64,000 nt of DNA from Planktothrix pseudagardhii (GCF_904830925.1 NZ_LR882967.1:3298106-3362105), one strand, 5' to 3'; positions 25,625-35,234 are shown, numbered from the stretch's first letter. Translations and numbers: made by a program. Notes: generated by a model from the letters alone, not told the origin.

Positions 25625-27244
25625 ATGGAAGACAGCCCAAAACCCATGCCGTATCTACTGCAACAGCTTTTAGAAATTAGTGCCAAGCAATATCCAGACC
25701 GGGAAGCTGTAATCTATAAAAATAGCAGCATCACGTATCGGGAGTTAGACCAAGTTTCTAATCAGTTAGCCCACCTCTTGATAAGTTGCGGGATATCAAG
25801 AGGCGATCGCGTCGGCATTTACGTGAACAAATCCATTGAAGCAGTCATTGCCATTTTCGGTATCCTTAAAGCTGGATCTGTCTACGTTCCCCTAGACCCC
25901 TTAGCTCCTGCGAAGCGGATAGGCTTTATCATTGACAATTGCCAGATGAAGGCTTTGGTGAGTACCCATAAAAAGATAGCCAGCCTTCAACTGCCAAACA
26001 CCTCTGGTGTCCAGTGCCTGGTACTCGCTGACGATGAAGCACAACAGGACACGGGTAATCTGTCAAATGTCAGGATGGTGTCTTGGCAAGAGGTGTTGCA
26101 AGCACCGCCAAACCCATCACCACCCAGCAATTTGATTGAAGACGATCTTGCCTACATTCTCTACACATCCGGCTCCACTGGCACTCCCAAAGGGGTGATG
26201 ATTAGCCATCGAGCTTCTCTAACCTTTGTCAACTGGGCTTATGATTGCTTTCAGGTACAAAGGAGCGATCGCGTTTCCAATCACGCCCCACTTCATTTCG
26301 ATCTTTCCATCTTTGATATCTTCACCACTATCAAAGCAGGTGCGACTGTCATTCTGGTACCACCGGAACTCTCAGTGTTTCCCAGAAACCTCGCTCAGTT
26401 TATTGAAGAACAACAAATTACCATCTGGTATTCTGTCCCTTCAGTGCTGAGACAGCTAATTGTTTACGGCAACCTGCATCAGGCTCAATTTCCCCATATT
26501 CGGACGATTTTGTTTGCGGGGGAAGTGTTCCCAGTTAAATACCTGCGTCAACTTATGGAGTTGCTACCGCAAGCCAACTACTATAATCTCTACGGACCCA
26601 CAGAAACAAATGTCTGTACTTACTATCCGGTAAAGGAAATTCCTCCTGAAGAGGTAAGAACTCTGCCCATTGGCAAAGCTTGTGCCAACACAGAGGTATT
26701 TGCCGTCAATGAACACAAAGAAATTACCAAACCAGGAGAAGTTGGGGAACTTTACGTGCGTAGCCCCTCCTTAATGAAAGGATACTGGGGAAATCATGAC
26801 AAAACCCAACAGGCTCTCACACCTTTCCCCGTACCAGGTTGCGGATGGTTAGAAAAAGTTTACCGAACTGGGGATTTAGTGAAACTCAATTCTGATGGCA
26901 ACTATATTTATTTAGGTCGTCGCGATAACCAGATTAAGAGCCGAGGATACCGAATTGAACTGGATGAAATTGAAACGACGCTATACGCTCATCCTGCAAT
27001 TGTTGAAGCAGCCGTAATTGCTATTCCCGATGAGGAAATCGGCAAGAAAATCAAGGCTATAATTGCCACACAGGATGGAAATAATCTCAAAAAGAGCGAT
27101 GTAGAATATTTTTGTGCACAGCGTCTACCTAAATACATGATACCGGAGCTAATTGAGTTTCGTTCTGGGTTACCTAAAACCCCTACAGGCAAGATTGACA
27201 AAACCTTACTGCGTACCGAAGAACTTCAAGAGAATTCAAAATAG
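25625..27244 (+). CDS. Free-standing adenylation enzyme (amino-acid adenylation domain). Predicted L-proline activating (PltF/RedM/CloN4/AnaC-like).
   Basis: Core motifs: YTSGSTGTPKGV (A3), FDLSIFDIF (A4, Asp present), NLYGPTETNV (A5), YRTGDLVKL (A7), GRRDNQIKSRGYRIELDEIE (A8), PKTPTGKIDK (A10). The hand-aligned specificity residues are about D-L-F-Y-L-A-L-V-C-K. The ATG at 25625 is preferred over the TTG at 25583. Confidence 0.75.
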   Translation: MEDSPKPMPYLLQQLLEISAKQYPDREAVIYKNSSITYRELDQVSNQLAHLLISCGISRGDRVGIYVNKSIEAVIAIFGILKAGSVYVPLDPLAPAKRIGFIIDNCQMKALVSTHKKIASLQLPNTSGVQCLVLADDEAQQDTGNLSNVRMVSWQEVLQAPPNPSPPSNLIEDDLAYILYTSGSTGTPKGVMISHRASLTFVNWAYDCFQVQRSDRVSNHAPLHFDLSIFDIFTTIKAGATVILVPPELSVFPRNLAQFIEEQQITIWYSVPSVLRQLIVYGNLHQAQFPHIRTILFAGEVFPVKYLRQLMELLPQANYYNLYGPTETNVCTYYPVKEIPPEEVRTLPIGKACANTEVFAVNEHKEITKPGEVGELYVRSPSLMKGYWGNHDKTQQALTPFPVPGCGWLEKVYRTGDLVKLNSDGNYIYLGRRDNQIKSRGYRIELDEIETTLYAHPAIVEAAVIAIPDEEIGKKIKAIIATQDGNNLKKSDVEYFCAQRLPKYMIPELIEFRSGLPKTPTGKIDKTLLRTEELQENSK

Positions 27245-27263
27245 TTCAATAAGGAGATTGATA

Positions 27264-27533
27264 ATGACCGCCGTAAACAAGTACACGGAAGCACAGATAG
27301 AACAGATAATTAAAGAGCATATTGTCCAAAATTTCATGTACGATAGACCCGATATGGTTTTATCAAATGATTTGTCCATAATCGAAGAAGGACTGGTTGA
27401 CTCGCTGGGCATTTTTCGACTGGCTAGCTTTCTGGAAGAAAAGTTTGGTATTACCTTAAATCCAGAAGAATTCTTACTGGAGAATTTTGAAACAGTTAAC
27501 GTTATCAAATCTTTCGTTATCAGCAGACTGTAA
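27264..27533 (+). CDS. Free-standing peptidyl/acyl carrier protein (89 aa).
   Basis: The phosphopantetheine attachment motif is EEGLVDSLGIFRL. A strong RBS AAGGAG lies 8 nt upstream of the ATG. The gene directly follows the A enzyme. Confidence 0.75.
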   Translation: MTAVNKYTEAQIEQIIKEHIVQNFMYDRPDMVLSNDLSIIEEGLVDSLGIFRLASFLEEKFGITLNPEEFLLENFETVNVIKSFVISRL

Positions 27534-27647
27534 CAGTTGTTGCTGCCAATTTCTAACTACCTGCTAGGTTAGATTTTTACAGGCTACGCCATCAAAATCT
27601 ACTTTGACCAAATTAGCTGAAGTTTTAAACAGGCAAACGTTGACGGC

Positions 27648-29015
27648 TCAACCTATGCGTGAATCAGGCAGTTGCTCGGCGACAACCAGAGGTTCATCTT
27701 TCAATGTTCCGGACACCTGCACCGCAAGCACTACCACTCTTATTGCTGCGAACATTGATAGAGCCAACCATAAGAGATGATTGCTCTGATAATGCCATGC
27801 CATGACTGCTAAGGGCGCAAATCCAAACATTGCTCCGCTTAAAGTAGCGTTACGTATAAAATGCCCTTGGGCTAAACCTGCAAAGTATCCATCCAGTATC
27901 ATAGCAATTGAACTAAATCCCAGTCTGGAGAGTAGCCAAGAAACATAGATTTTAACAAGTTCCTTCACTTCACTATGATTGGTTAATAACCCAAAGACTG
28001 TATTCGGGAACAGGATAGACACTCCAGAACAAATTAATGCCGCCAGTAGGCTGGTTGAGACTGCCACCTGCAATAGGGGCAACAATCGATCTATTGTTTG
28101 TTTGCCTTTAAAATTTCCACCCAAAGTCTCGGTAGCAAATCCTATTCCTTCAAAAAAGTAACTGGAAAGCATTATTACTTGTAAGAGTAAGGCATTTTCA
28201 GCCAGGATAGTTGTCCCCATTGCAGAACTTAGAGCCGTGAAAAAGGTGGCGACGAACATATTAGCCGAAGACCTGATAAAGAGATTGCCGTTCAGGGTAA
28301 AAGTCGCTTTAAATGCGCTGGCATCCCAAAACTTTCTGGCTGCACTTCGAGCTTCCTTCCACTCGATATTGAGACTCGCCAAAATTATGCCTACTACTAA
28401 CACCAGATACTGGCTAATTGCCTGAGACAGTCCCGCCCCCGTGCTTGCCCAGTCCCAACGGACAATAAACAGGTAGTCGAACACAACATTAGCTGCATTG
28501 CCTACTAGGGTCATCAGCAACACAAAGCCACTCATTTCTCGTCCGAGAAACCACCCAATCAGAACAAAATTGACGACAACCGCAGGCGCTCCCCAAATTC
28601 GGGCATTGAAATAGTCAATACCTGAAGCCTTAACCTCTGGAGTCACGCTCATTAGACCAAACCACAACTGTTGCAGAGGATATTGCAACAACAGAAGCAG
28701 TCCGCCTATACCCAGTCCGATTAAAGCATTACGCAGTCCCACCAGCAGCATATCTTCGGTGTCATCCCGTCCCACCGCTTGCGCTGTCACTCCAGTGGTT
28801 CCCATGCGTAAAAAGTTCACAATGAAATAGGTGAAGTTAAACAGAGTGGTAGAGAGAGTAACCCCTGCTAAGTGATGGATTTCGGTTAGATGGCCCAGGA
28901 ACGCTAAGCTGATTGTCCCAGCCAGAGGCTCCATAATATTGGACAGGACATTGATGAAAGCTAGTCTAAAGAAGCGAGAAAGGAAGTCGTACCTATTTGG
29001 GAGTGTTATGTTCAT
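27648..29015 (-). CDS. MATE-family efflux transporter, a putative exporter of the cluster product.
   Basis: It has 12 predicted TM helices. The N-terminus ...INVLSNIMEPLAGTISLAFLGHL is typical of NorM/DinF MATE proteins. It is convergent with the biosynthetic genes. Confidence 0.7.
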   Translation of the reverse strand: MNITLPNRYDFLSRFFRLAFINVLSNIMEPLAGTISLAFLGHLTEIHHLAGVTLSTTLFNFTYFIVNFLRMGTTGVTAQAVGRDDTEDMLLVGLRNALIGLGIGGLLLLLQYPLQQLWFGLMSVTPEVKASGIDYFNARIWGAPAVVVNFVLIGWFLGREMSGFVLLMTLVGNAANVVFDYLFIVRWDWASTGAGLSQAISQYLVLVVGIILASLNIEWKEARSAARKFWDASAFKATFTLNGNLFIRSSANMFVATFFTALSSAMGTTILAENALLLQVIMLSSYFFEGIGFATETLGGNFKGKQTIDRLLPLLQVAVSTSLLAALICSGVSILFPNTVFGLLTNHSEVKELVKIYVSWLLSRLGFSSIAMILDGYFAGLAQGHFIRNATLSGAMFGFAPLAVMAWHYQSNHLLWLALSMFAAIRVVVLAVQVSGTLKDEPLVVAEQLPDSRIG

Positions 29016-29039
29016 GGATTTAGGTTCTCCTGTACCTAT

Positions 29040-29600
29040 GGTGATAAGTAAATCTTATAAAGAAAGACAAGCTAGTAGCTTTTCACGCATCATCTCAAAA
29101 TTTTTGAAGCCATAGCTTTGACGAAGAATTAATTTGATCCGGTTGTTTAATCCCTCCATGACTCCACTGGTTGTTCGATTAATAAAATAATGGCAAATAT
29201 CGGGAAGATGGTGTTTAAGAGTTTGGGCGGCTGACGGGGTGACAAAGAAGCTAGAAGGTAGACTGAATCAACATCATAGCTCTCTGACCTCTTTGAAAAA
29301 AAGGGATCTTATTGCATTTAGTTCTCATTAATTGTTGAGCCAAGTCTGCCCAAATTTCCATTCCAGCTATCCATAAAAGCCCATATTGACAAGACCAAAA
29401 GTTGCTGTGCCGTTGAACACTCCGCCCTAATTCTTGAAGGCGGTTGATATATTTTTGTTGCCCAAGTTGTTTGATTTTTAATCCTTGTAAGGCTTTTATG
29501 GTATAAGCGATGGCGCTAGCCGCGCCTGCTGGCGCATCGCTATCAATAAAACCAGACGGGTTAAGCGTCGCCCCTACGATGCACGGTAATTATTGTCACA
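29040..29600 (-). mobile_element. Degraded ISL3-family transposase remnant with no intact ORF.
   Basis: The minus-strand translation near 29050-29240 gives ...HLPDICHYFINRTTSGVMEGLNNRIKLILRQSYGFKNFEMMREKLLACL. This matches the conserved ISL3 transposase C-terminus (..EGxNNKIKxxKRxxYGFRNFxxFRxRIL..). Upstream coding is interrupted by stops. Confidence 0.5.
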
Positions 29601-29620
29601 ATTGATTTAGACTGACTATA

Positions 29621-30616
29621 TCAACCTAAAACTTTTTCTAAAGCTTGCTGAAGAACCTCTACCCCAGCACCCGGAAGATGGGCATTTTCACTAATATATC
29701 GTTTCCAAGCTTTTGTTCCCGGTTGTCCAGCAAAAAGTTCTAATAAATGGCGAGTAATACTATTCAATTTTACCCCTTTTTGTAACCAATATTCAAGATA
29801 AGGATACATCGCTTCTATGACTTCTCGGCGAGTGAGGGGGGGTGTTTTTTCTCCATAGATTTCTTGATCAGCTATTGCAAATAAATAGGGGTGATCATAA
29901 GCAGCACGTCCTATCATAACTGCATCCACAAATTGCAATTGTTCTTTGACTTCTGTTAAGGTTTTAAACCCCCCATTAATTTCAATCAATAAATGGGGAA
30001 ATTCTTGTTTTAATTGATGTACTTCTTGATAGCGTAATGGGGGAATGGTGCGGTTTTCTTTCGGACTTAAACCCTGTAACCAAGCTTTGCGAGCATGAAC
30101 GGTAAAATGTTGACATCCGGCTTCAGAAACAATTCTAACAAAATCCGCCATATCTTCATAACGATCCCGATCATCAATGCCAATTCGATGCTTAACGGTG
30201 ACAGGAATTTGAACAACTTTTTGCATCGCTTTTATGGCTTGTGCAACTAATTCTGGTTGCGCCATTAAACAAGCCCCAAAATTGCCATTTTGAACGCGAT
30301 CACTGGGACAGCCTACGTTTAAATTAACCTGATCATATCCCCAATCTTCTGCTATTTTAGCGCAGGTCGCAAGATGATGAGGATGATCTCCTCCTAACTG
30401 TAAAACTAAGGGTTTTTCTTCAGGAGAAAAGCTCAATAATTTTTCATGATCTCCATGCAAAATCGCTGCGGTTGTCACCATTTCCGTATAAAGTAACGTT
30501 CGCCGGGTGATTTGTCGCATAAAATAACGATAATGGCGATCAGTGCGATCCATCATGGGAGCAATACTGAGGGGATAGCTTTGATTTAAGGTTGAAATTG
30601 ATCTCAGATTGTTCAT
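29621..30616 (-). CDS. dusA: tRNA-dihydrouridine synthase A.
   Basis: ...LSIAPMMDRTDRHYRYFMRQITRRTLLYTEMVTTAAILHGD... matches DusA (FSVAPMLDWTDRHCRYF...TEMVTT). The catalytic Cys lies in NVGCPSD. The start is probably the internal ATG near 30616 rather than the overlapping upstream start. Confidence 0.8.
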   Translation of the reverse strand: MNNLRSISTLNQSYPLSIAPMMDRTDRHYRYFMRQITRRTLLYTEMVTTAAILHGDHEKLLSFSPEEKPLVLQLGGDHPHHLATCAKIAEDWGYDQVNLNVGCPSDRVQNGNFGACLMAQPELVAQAIKAMQKVVQIPVTVKHRIGIDDRDRYEDMADFVRIVSEAGCQHFTVHARKAWLQGLSPKENRTIPPLRYQEVHQLKQEFPHLLIEINGGFKTLTEVKEQLQFVDAVMIGRAAYDHPYLFAIADQEIYGEKTPPLTRREVIEAMYPYLEYWLQKGVKLNSITRHLLELFAGQPGTKAWKRYISENAHLPGAGVEVLQQALEKVLG

Positions 30617-30621
30617 GAAAT

Positions 30622-33129
30622 TTAGGATTTTGTTGCTTTTAATTCTAAGGTTATTCTGATCTTTCCACTGATTGAAGTTGGAGGTTGCCAAGTTAACAGC
30701 GATCGTCGAATTTGATCAATGATTATCGCTTGTTTTTGATTATCATCTAAATCTAAATTAGAGTCAAGGTCATCAAAAATTGCTCGTTGGACATTGCCTT
30801 GATCAACAATCATTTCAAAACTGACTTTTCCATTAATTGGAATCGATAAATTTAACCCCTGTAAATAACGATTTAAGTCATCTAAAAGGGCGCGATCGCT
30901 AATTCCGGTTAGTTGAACCACTGCAATAGTAGAACCCGTATTTCTAGCTGCCTGAAGCCTTGTATCGAGTCTATCTGCACCTTGAAATGGAGAGGGTGCA
31001 GGCGCAAGTTCTGGGCTTCGTTGACTACTATAATTATTGTAACCCGATGCTGAACGAACTCGTCCTATAGGCATTGAATTTGTAGATTGAAGTTGAAGGG
31101 TTGCAGGTGTGCCAAAAATTCCCTCATAACTGACACCTTCGGGTAATTCTACAGGAACTTCTACGGTATGACGGGTTCCATTTGGATTAACTCGAACTTC
31201 TTCGCTCACAGCAACAAATGCCGTATAATTTGATAATAATTGATACGATAAAGCGGTGCGTGTTACTGCGTCAACTCCAGATTTTGTTTCACCGGAAAAC
31301 ATTTGATTCATCAGTTCTTTGATTTTAGACCGTCCCCACAATTTAGCAATGGCAATATTACCAGATTCCTTCGTATTAACGACTGGAAAATTAACAGGTA
31401 AGGTTTGTTCATAGCGATCGCCGTTTGCTGTGGTTCCTGTAATTTTTAATAAGCCATTGCGTCGATCTAATTTACGTCCAAATAAAACTAAAGGTTGATT
31501 ATCAAATAAATCTGATAAGGTGATGGGGTAAATTTCCGGTTTTAATCCTTCCCCTTGCCAACTAATTTCAATATCGGTTAAAATGGGATTATTAATCTGT
31601 TTAAAAAAGGTTTCCACAACGGTTTGAGTAGGTTCATCTTGACGAACAATTTGTACTGTTCCTCGTCCCATTTCTCCTAAACGATTTAATAAAAATCGAT
31701 TGACTGAACTTCCCACCCCAAAACAATAAAATCGATTTCCAGGTTTAAGTTTATTTTGCACTTCTGCAATGACTTCGGAATCATTTCCAATATAACCATC
31801 GGTGAGTAAAACAATACTGCGTAACCGACCCGTTGGAGGTGAAGGGAAACGCATCACCGCTTGAATACCATTTAATAATTCTGTACCGCCATTAGCTTCT
31901 AATTGATTAATATAATTGAGTGCTTTTTCTCGGTTAGCCGGGGTATTTTCTAGGGGAGTTTCGGATAACGTATTAGTCGTATTTGCAAAATCAATAATGG
32001 TAAAGGTATCTTCAGTATTTAATCCTTGAATAAACCGTTTCATTAATTCTTTGGATTTTGTTAAGGGTTCACCTTCTTGAGAACCGGAAGTATCCATTAA
32101 AAAAATAACGTCTTTGGGAATAATTTGATTAGGATTATAACGAATTGCAGGTAACAGATAAGTGGCAAAATGTCCCCCTTGTTGATCCGCTTCTGTTAAG
32201 ACCGTTGCTCTTGTATTTTCTCCTGAAATTTGATATCTTAGAATTAGATCCTTATTCGGAATTTTATCCGATTCATCTAAACGAACAAAAACTCGATTTC
32301 CTTGTTGTTGGGTAATAATTTTATGGGAAGTTGAACGAATATTTTCAATAGGAATACCTGCATCTATTTCAAGATTAACTTGAATTTTATGGTCTGATTT
32401 TGTATTAGGATCAATAATAGGCGGTGTAATCCGATCTGCATCGGGGACTTGATTCGTATTGGGTTGATTTTTATCAATTAATTGACCCGGAATATAACGG
32501 GGGCCAACCACCATCGGAAAAACAAATTCATAATCTCCCCCTTCAAATTTTAATTGATCAATATAGCGAATCGTTACGGATATTTGCTCACCCGGTTGAA
32601 TATTGGCTACAGACTGAGTAAAAATATTATCTCGTTCCTGTTCTAATAAAGCTGCGGTGCGACCTTGATCTTTAGCACGTTGATAGATTTCTCTCGCACC
32701 TTCTTTGGTTTCAATTCTCGATTTAATCGTGCGATCGCCAATTTTGATTACCATTTGATCAATGGCGGCTTGATCAGGAAGGGGAAACACATAAATCGCT
32801 TCTAAAGGTTCTTTAAACGGATTTTCAAAGGTTTGAGAAACTTCTACTTCAGAAAGATTTCCTGAAATTTTAGCTTTAACCTGGGTTTTTTTGAGGGGAA
32901 AAACTTGAGTTTGAGTAGGAGATTGAACATATAATCCTCCTACAGGTTTCTCAGATAATTGTTGAGGAAATTGTGCTAATTTTAACGTTGAGGATTGCTG
33001 TTCCAACTGTTGAACAGGACTCGCCAATGTGGGAGAAGTATTCCCGATAAAATTGAAACCGCTAAAAATCAGAATTCCCCAGGAAAGTCTTGCTAAAGTC
33101 AATAAAGAGTTCATGAATAAGACTGCCAT
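30622..33129 (-). CDS. Secreted VIT (vault inter-alpha-trypsin) plus von Willebrand factor A domain protein.
   Basis: It has a signal peptide and a VIT domain (...IGDRTIKSRIETKEGAREIYQRAKDQGRTAALLEQ...). The VWA MIDAS region is VIFLMDTSGSQEGEPL...TFTIIDFANT. Confidence 0.75.
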   Translation of the reverse strand: MAVLFMNSLLTLARLSWGILIFSGFNFIGNTSPTLASPVQQLEQQSSTLKLAQFPQQLSEKPVGGLYVQSPTQTQVFPLKKTQVKAKISGNLSEVEVSQTFENPFKEPLEAIYVFPLPDQAAIDQMVIKIGDRTIKSRIETKEGAREIYQRAKDQGRTAALLEQERDNIFTQSVANIQPGEQISVTIRYIDQLKFEGGDYEFVFPMVVGPRYIPGQLIDKNQPNTNQVPDADRITPPIIDPNTKSDHKIQVNLEIDAGIPIENIRSTSHKIITQQQGNRVFVRLDESDKIPNKDLILRYQISGENTRATVLTEADQQGGHFATYLLPAIRYNPNQIIPKDVIFLMDTSGSQEGEPLTKSKELMKRFIQGLNTEDTFTIIDFANTTNTLSETPLENTPANREKALNYINQLEANGGTELLNGIQAVMRFPSPPTGRLRSIVLLTDGYIGNDSEVIAEVQNKLKPGNRFYCFGVGSSVNRFLLNRLGEMGRGTVQIVRQDEPTQTVVETFFKQINNPILTDIEISWQGEGLKPEIYPITLSDLFDNQPLVLFGRKLDRRNGLLKITGTTANGDRYEQTLPVNFPVVNTKESGNIAIAKLWGRSKIKELMNQMFSGETKSGVDAVTRTALSYQLLSNYTAFVAVSEEVRVNPNGTRHTVEVPVELPEGVSYEGIFGTPATLQLQSTNSMPIGRVRSASGYNNYSSQRSPELAPAPSPFQGADRLDTRLQAARNTGSTIAVVQLTGISDRALLDDLNRYLQGLNLSIPINGKVSFEMIVDQGNVQRAIFDDLDSNLDLDDNQKQAIIIDQIRRSLLTWQPPTSISGKIRITLELKATKS

Positions 33130-33404
33130 TATTTAAGTTACAATATGAATCAGGTCTATGAACTAAGACCTAATAAGGATCATAAACGTTCCTGAGCTAC
33201 ATTACTTTTTAGCATTCAGAAGACTTCTGTAGGGACAGCTACAGCTTGCACCTACAATTCATGATTCTATCGTGTTTTGTCCGATATCCTTCCTCAAATT
33301 TTGAATTAAACTCTGGATCAGGTCAGTAAACCCCTATAATTAAAAATTAGGTTAGGAATAGAATTGCTATAGTACGTTCTCTCAAAATTAATTATTGATT
33401 TCCA

Positions 33405-34598
33405 ATGGTTCACAAGACTCCCCCTATTCGTATTTTTATAAGTACCGGAGAAGTTTCCGGTGATTTACAAGGATCACTGTTAATTGAAGCTTTATTCAGA
33501 CAAGCTAAAAAGGCAGGAATATTAATACAAATTATCGCATTAGGGGGAGAAAAAATGGCATCAGCAGGAGCCAAATTATTAGGGAATACCACAGGAATTG
33601 GTTCCGTTGGAATTTTAGAATCTATCCCCTATATTATCCCGACCTATTTAATGCAAAAACAAGTCAAACACTATTTAAAAGAGCATCCTCCTGATTTAGT
33701 TATTTTAATTGATTATATGGGGCCAAATATTGGGATGGGAAATTTTATTAAACATAACTTGCCAACAATTCCTATTTTTTATTATATTGCGCCGCAAGAA
33801 TGGGTATGGTCGTTGGGTTCAAAAAGTACAGCACAAATTGTTAAACTAACGAATCGTATTCTTGCCATTTTTCCTGAAGAAGCACGTTATTTTCAATCAA
33901 AAGGTGCGAAGGTGACATGGGTTGGTCATCCCCTATTAGACCGGATGAAAACAGCACCAAGTCGAGAAGAATCTCGCCGAAAATTAGGCATTCAACCGGA
34001 TGAAATTGCGATCGCTTTACTTCCGGCTTCTCGATGGCAAGAAATTAAATATTTAATGCCCATATTATTTGAAGCGGCTCAACAAATTCAAGCTAAAATA
34101 CCCCAGGTAAAATTTTGGATTCCCTTATCTTTACCTGAGTATAAAATAGCGATTGAAACAGCTATAAAAACCTATCAATTGAATGCCGTTTTAGTTTCAA
34201 CAACGAGTTACTATCAAACCTTAGAAGTCTTATCTGCCGCCGATTTAGCGATCGCAAAATCAGGAACAGTTAACTTAGAAATTGCCTTATTAAAGGTTCC
34301 CCAAGTTGTCGTTTATCGAGTCAGTGCTTTAACGGCTTGGGTCGCTCGTCATCTCCTGAAATTTTCGATTCCGTTTATGTCCCCGACTAATTTAGTGCAA
34401 ATGCAAGCCATTGTTCCTGAATTATTACAAGAAAAAGCCACTCCCGAAAATATCGTTCAAGAGGCGATAGAATTATTAACAAATCCACAAAAACGACAAG
34501 AAATGTTAAATCAGTATCAACAGATGAAGCAAGCGTTAGGAGAGGAGGGAGTGTGCGATCGCGCAGCTTTAGAAATTCTTAAGAGTCTCTCCCTGTAA
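33405..34598 (+). CDS. lpxB: Lipid-A-disaccharide synthase.
   Basis: The N-terminal RIFISTGEVSGDLQGSLLIEAL matches the LpxB signature. Length is about 390 aa. Confidence 0.8.
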   Translation: MVHKTPPIRIFISTGEVSGDLQGSLLIEALFRQAKKAGILIQIIALGGEKMASAGAKLLGNTTGIGSVGILESIPYIIPTYLMQKQVKHYLKEHPPDLVILIDYMGPNIGMGNFIKHNLPTIPIFYYIAPQEWVWSLGSKSTAQIVKLTNRILAIFPEEARYFQSKGAKVTWVGHPLLDRMKTAPSREESRRKLGIQPDEIAIALLPASRWQEIKYLMPILFEAAQQIQAKIPQVKFWIPLSLPEYKIAIETAIKTYQLNAVLVSTTSYYQTLEVLSAADLAIAKSGTVNLEIALLKVPQVVVYRVSALTAWVARHLLKFSIPFMSPTNLVQMQAIVPELLQEKATPENIVQEAIELLTNPQKRQEMLNQYQQMKQALGEEGVCDRAALEILKSLSL

Positions 34599-34640
34599 GC
34601 AACTCTTAATTTTTGTTTTTTACCGAATTGCTGTAAAATA

Positions 34641-35105
34641 GTGATCAATAAACGATTTAGAAGGATAATTCCCTTGCCTATTATCGTAATTCAAGAGTTA
34701 ACCCCAAGCCAAGTACAAGATTTAGAGCAACTTTATAAACAAGGATGGTGGAGTCATCAACGCACCTCAAAAGACATCCAAAAAATGCTAAATCACTCCG
34801 ATATTATAATCGGTCTAGTAGACTCTGATACCCAAAAATTAATCGGATTTACAAGAGTTTTAACAGATTATACCTATCGAGCCTTAATTTGGGATGTTTT
34901 AGTGGAGAGTTCCTATCAAAATCAAGGATTAGGGAAAAAATTAATCGATGAAATTCTGACTCATCCCGCTTTAAAAGATGTGGAAGCTTTTCTATTAATG
35001 TGTTTACCTGAAATGGTTCCTTTTTATGAAAAACTAGGGTTTCATTTATCCGATAGTGTCAAATTAATGAGTCTCGAAAATACAACTCATTATGGGGAAT
35101 TTTAA
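34641..35105 (+). CDS. GNAT-family N-acetyltransferase.
   Basis: The acetyl-CoA binding motif is QNQGLGKKLIDEIL. Confidence 0.6.
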   Translation: MINKRFRRIIPLPIIVIQELTPSQVQDLEQLYKQGWWSHQRTSKDIQKMLNHSDIIIGLVDSDTQKLIGFTRVLTDYTYRALIWDVLVESSYQNQGLGKKLIDEILTHPALKDVEAFLLMCLPEMVPFYEKLGFHLSDSVKLMSLENTTHYGEF

Positions 35106-35234
35106 GAAAAACTAGGGAATAGATAAAAAAATAGGAATCAGACAGAAGTCTCATTCCTCAAGCATAAATAAACTGATATTGAAACCTATTCCTTGTTCGG
35201 TGTTCCCTGTTCGGTGTTCCCTACAAGATGGAAT

